A DNA stretch of 64,000 bases from Negativibacillus sp. (GTDB lineage Bacteria > Bacillota > Clostridia > Oscillospirales > Ruminococcaceae), in contig JAHHTY010000001.1 in assembly GCA_020024325.1 (NCBI GenBank), forward strand, positions 39 to 64,038. Reading direction: 5' to 3'. The notes under the pieces are model-generated. The model worked only from the letters and a program-made list of their open reading frames with translations. It was not told where the DNA came from and did not search any database. Numbering within the stretch: position 1 is the first letter of the stretch; every line of letters begins with the position of its first letter. The position numbers and the translations under genes were made by a program. Of this stretch, positions 60,726-64,000 are shown piece by piece.

Positions 60726-61952
60726 ATGTCAAAACTTTCAAAGCAGGAAAAAAGCTGGATTTTATATGACGTGGCAAACTCCGCTTTTACAATGCTTATT
60801 TCCACAACGATTCCTATTTTCTTCCGTTCTCTTGCAGAACAACAGGTTTCTGCAACCACTGCCTCGGGCATATGGGCTTTAAGCACATCCGCAGCGGTTT
60901 TAATCCTTGCGATTTCCTCCCCGTTTTTAGGAGCTTTGGCAGATTATAACGGAATGAAGAAGAAAGTGTTTTCTGTATTTCTGGCTATCGGTGTTATCGG
61001 GTTATTGGCTCTTTCTTTTACGGGAAATTGGATTGCCTATCTCATTTTGTTTGTTCTGACTAGGATTGGGTACAGCGCCTGCAACATCTTCTATGATTCC
61101 ATGCTGGTAGATGTCACCGCCGACGAACGCATGGACCGCATTTCTTCTTACGGCTATGCTCTGGGTTATATTGGCAGCTGTATTCCTTTTACAATTGGTA
61201 TTGTGTTGATTCTTGTTCGTCCGTTTGGTCTTTCCACCCAGACTGCCACCCAAATTTCCTTTATCATCACCGCTTTGTGGTGGGTTGGTTTAACGGTACC
61301 TCTTTTAAAAAATGTACATCAAACCCACTATCTGGAAAAAAGGGACAATCAGCTCAGCCACGCTTTTTCGCGTGTAGGAGCCACCCTAAAAAAAATCCGC
61401 AAAAATCCTTCCCTGCTTTATTTTATCATTGCATATTTCTGTTACATTGACGGGGTATACACCATCATTTCTATGGCAACCACCTATGGCGGAGAGGTCG
61501 GCATCAGCAGTTCCAGCATGATTTTAGCACTGCTGCTTACCCAATTTGTAGCCTTCCCTTGTGCCATCTTTGCCGGCAGATTAGCAGAAAAAATCGGAAC
61601 TCTCAAAGTTATTCGTGCCTCTATCCTGGTTTACTGCGGCATCTGTTTGTTCGCTTATCAATTAGATCAGAGCTGGGAATTTTGGGTCCTTGCCATTGTG
61701 GTAGGTATGGCACAGGGCGGAATTCAATCTCTCTCCCGTTCTTACTTTGGCAGAATTATCCCTAAAAACGAATCTAACGAGTACTTTGGTTTCTTTGACA
61801 TCTTTGGCAAATTTGCGGATTTCTTCGGTCCTTTAATGATGTCCTTCTGTGCCTTTATTTTTGGTTCATCCACCTATGGAATTTTAGGATTGTTGATTCT
61901 GTTTATTATAGGTTATATTCTTCTTAGAAAAATTCCGGAAGCAAAAGAATAA
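60726..61952 (+). CDS. MFS transporter (UMF1/Atg22-like)
   Basis: SWILYDVANSAF, PFLGALAD, FYDSML, QSLSRS; GGAGG RBS. Confidence 0.88.
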   Translation: MSKLSKQEKSWILYDVANSAFTMLISTTIPIFFRSLAEQQVSATTASGIWALSTSAAVLILAISSPFLGALADYNGMKKKVFSVFLAIGVIGLLALSFTGNWIAYLILFVLTRIGYSACNIFYDSMLVDVTADERMDRISSYGYALGYIGSCIPFTIGIVLILVRPFGLSTQTATQISFIITALWWVGLTVPLLKNVHQTHYLEKRDNQLSHAFSRVGATLKKIRKNPSLLYFIIAYFCYIDGVYTIISMATTYGGEVGISSSSMILALLLTQFVAFPCAIFAGRLAEKIGTLKVIRASILVYCGICLFAYQLDQSWEFWVLAIVVGMAQGGIQSLSRSYFGRIIPKNESNEYFGFFDIFGKFADFFGPLMMSFCAFIFGSSTYGILGLLILFIIGYILLRKIPEAKE

Positions 61953-62116
61953 CGCTGATTATTTACATAAACATTCTTCCGAAAATTATAACATAACATG
62001 AATAGATTGGGCTTAATTTTCTTTAATTGTTTCATATTATAAGTATAATCCACATCGCAATGAAAATCCACTCTATTCTTTTATAAAGAAACTTCCTGTT
62101 TTTTATCAAAGTTAGC

Positions 62117-62150
62117 AAAAAACCGCACACAATATTGTGTGCGGTTTTTT
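62117..62150. terminator. Bidirectional terminator between the MFS gene and thiC
   Basis: AAAAAACCGCACACAATATTGTGTGCGGTTTTTT. Confidence 0.85.
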
Positions 62151-62160
62151 TATTTTAAAA

Positions 62161-63474
62161 TTATAGAATATCAATATATTCTCCGTTCAATGCTTTATTC
62201 ATGCTGCGAACTGCACAGAATTTTCCACACATGGAACAGGTATCTTCGTGCTCAGGAGAGCGGTCGGCACGAATTGCCTTAGCGGTTTCCGGGTCCAAAG
62301 CACATTCCCATTGTGCTTCCCAATCCAATGCACGGCGAGCATCACCCATTTTATCGTCAATTTCCCTTGCACCACGCACACCTTTTGCAATATCTGCTGC
62401 GTGTGCTGCAATCTTGCTTGCAATAATACCCTGTTTTACATCGTCAAGGTTTGGCAGAGCAAGGTGTTCTGCCGGGGTAACATAACACAGGAAAGCAGCA
62501 CCGTTCATGGCAGCCATTGCACCCCCGATTGCTGCTGTGATGTGATCATAGCCCGGTGCAATATCCGTTACCAGAGGACCGAGAACATAGAATGGTGCGC
62601 CCATGCAGATGGTCTGCTGAACTTTCATATTTGCTGCAATCTGATCCATTGGTACATGCCCCGGACCTTCTACCATAACCTGAACATCTTTTTCCCATGC
62701 ACGTTTTGTCAGTTCCCCTAAGCGAACCAACTCTTCAATCTGGCAGACATCGGTAGCATCTGCAAGGCATCCCGGACGGCAGGCATCCCCCAAAGAGATG
62801 GTTACATCATACTCACGACAAATTTCCAGAATCTCATCATAATATTCATAGAATGGGTTTTCTTCCCCTGTCATGCACATCCATGCAAACACCAGAGAGC
62901 CTCCACGGGAAACAATGTTCATTTTACGTTTATGTTTGCGGATTTGATCGATGGTTTTTCTGGTAATACCACAGTGCAGGGTAACAAAGTCCACACCTTC
63001 CTGTGCGTGCAGACGAACCACCTCGATAAAATCTTGAGCTGTCAGTGTTGCTAAATCGCGCTGATAATGAATGACACTATCATATACAGGGACTGTGCCA
63101 ATCATAACAGGGCATTCAGAAGTCAGCTTCTGACGGAATGGGCTGGTATTTCCGTGACTTGAAAGGTCCATAATTGCTTCTGCTCCCATTTCTACTGCGG
63201 AAAGTACCTTCTGCATTTCGATGTCATAATCTTTGCAATCTCTGGAAACACCAAGATTAACATTGATTTTGGTTCTCAACATCGAACCAATTCCCTCTGG
63301 ATTCAGACATTTATGATTTTTGTTTGCAGGAATTGCCACCTTGCCCTGTGCAACCAAAGGCATCAGTTCTTCCACTGTCATTTTTTCTTTTTTAGCAACG
63401 ATTTCCAACTCTTTGGTAACAATTCCTTTGCGAGCAGCTTCCATCTGTGTAGCGTAATTTCTTTCCATGTTCAT
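62161..63474 (-). CDS. thiC: Phosphomethylpyrimidine synthase
   Basis: [42 protein letters not shown]. Confidence 0.97.
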   Translation of the reverse strand: MNMERNYATQMEAARKGIVTKELEIVAKKEKMTVEELMPLVAQGKVAIPANKNHKCLNPEGIGSMLRTKINVNLGVSRDCKDYDIEMQKVLSAVEMGAEAIMDLSSHGNTSPFRQKLTSECPVMIGTVPVYDSVIHYQRDLATLTAQDFIEVVRLHAQEGVDFVTLHCGITRKTIDQIRKHKRKMNIVSRGGSLVFAWMCMTGEENPFYEYYDEILEICREYDVTISLGDACRPGCLADATDVCQIEELVRLGELTKRAWEKDVQVMVEGPGHVPMDQIAANMKVQQTICMGAPFYVLGPLVTDIAPGYDHITAAIGGAMAAMNGAAFLCYVTPAEHLALPNLDDVKQGIIASKIAAHAADIAKGVRGAREIDDKMGDARRALDWEAQWECALDPETAKAIRADRSPEHEDTCSMCGKFCAVRSMNKALNGEYIDIL

Positions 63475-63496
63475 TCTCCTTTTTGTATCCAGTTTG

Positions 63497-64000
63497 TTAA
63501 TCTGCATAATTCCCAGCAATGGCAAAAGCGTGGTTGAGCGGACCGCTGCCTTTTCCTAAATCCATCCTATCCTCTAAAGCCAAGGAAAGATAATGTTTTG
63601 CTTGTTCTACCGCTTTTTCCAAAGAATAGCCTTTTGCCAGATTGCTTGCTATTGCACTGGAAAGTGTGCAGCCTGTTCCATGGGTATTTTCATTTTGAAT
63701 TCTTTTTCCATAAAACCAGCAACCGCCATCTTTTTGCCATAGATAATCATTTGCACTATTAACTTGATGACCACCTTTGCACAAAACCGCACAGCCGAAA
63801 TGTTCACCAATCCACTGTGCAGCCTGCTCCATCTCTTCCGGTGTTTGAATGGACATTCCTGCAAGCACCTCTGCCTCCGGAATATTCGGTGTTAAAACCG
63901 TTGCCAGAGGAAACAGTTCCTTTTTTAAAACCTCAATCGCATCTTCGCTGATTAACCGAGAACCGCTTGTAGAAACCATGACCGGGTCCACTACAATATT
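63497..64000 (-). CDS. thiD: Hydroxymethylpyrimidine/phosphomethylpyrimidine kinase (5' part outside the window)
   Basis: [41 protein letters not shown]. Confidence 0.95.
   Translation of the reverse strand, partial: NIVVDPVMVSTSGSRLISEDAIEVLKKELFPLATVLTPNIPEAEVLAGMSIQTPEEMEQAAQWIGEHFGCAVLCKGGHQVNSANDYLWQKDGGCWFYGKRIQNENTHGTGCTLSSAIASNLAKGYSLEKAVEQAKHYLSLALEDRMDLGKGSGPLNHAFAIAGNYAD

Overview
Chromosomal backbone of a low-GC Firmicute. The gene set and AGGAGG RBS / sigma-A promoter style fit Clostridia, probably Oscillospiraceae/Ruminococcaceae-like (inference). Most genes are on the minus strand. In order: a MerR regulator divergent from a YitT membrane protein; two tandem OppA-like lipoproteins; an ECF sigma/anti-sigma pair; a CoA-activase/2-hydroxyacyl-CoA dehydratase-like operon; aroB-aroA-aroC-pheA; ireB; a CydDC-like ABC pair plus YbaN; a complete FASII operon (fabT-fabH-acpP-fabK-fabD-fabG-fabF-accB-fabZ-accC-accD-accA); redox genes (fprA, nitroreductase, flavodoxin-like); uvrB-uvrA; radC; an RluA-family synthase; rsmD-coaD; uvrC; ptsH; ylxM-ffh-rpsP-khpA-rimM-trmD; dppA, an isochorismatase-family gene and ltaE; an MFS transporter; and thiD(partial)-thiC. 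I saw no rRNA, tRNA, CRISPR or mobile element. The most interesting signals are non-coding. (1) An unannotated 25-aa Phe/Tyr-rich leader peptide with 1:2, 2:3 and 3:4 pairings lies ahead of the aro operon, suggesting ribosome-mediated attenuation where a T-box would be expected. (2) Six palindromes matching the Noc binding site lie inside the fatty-acid operon, four of them packed in front of acpP. (3) Three DtxR/MntR-like boxes surround the CydDC-like promoter. (4) A paired dyad operator flanks the ylxM-ffh promoter. (5) A 19-bp-spacer MerR promoter drives yitT. All product calls come from motif recognition by eye; no database search or folding program was run.
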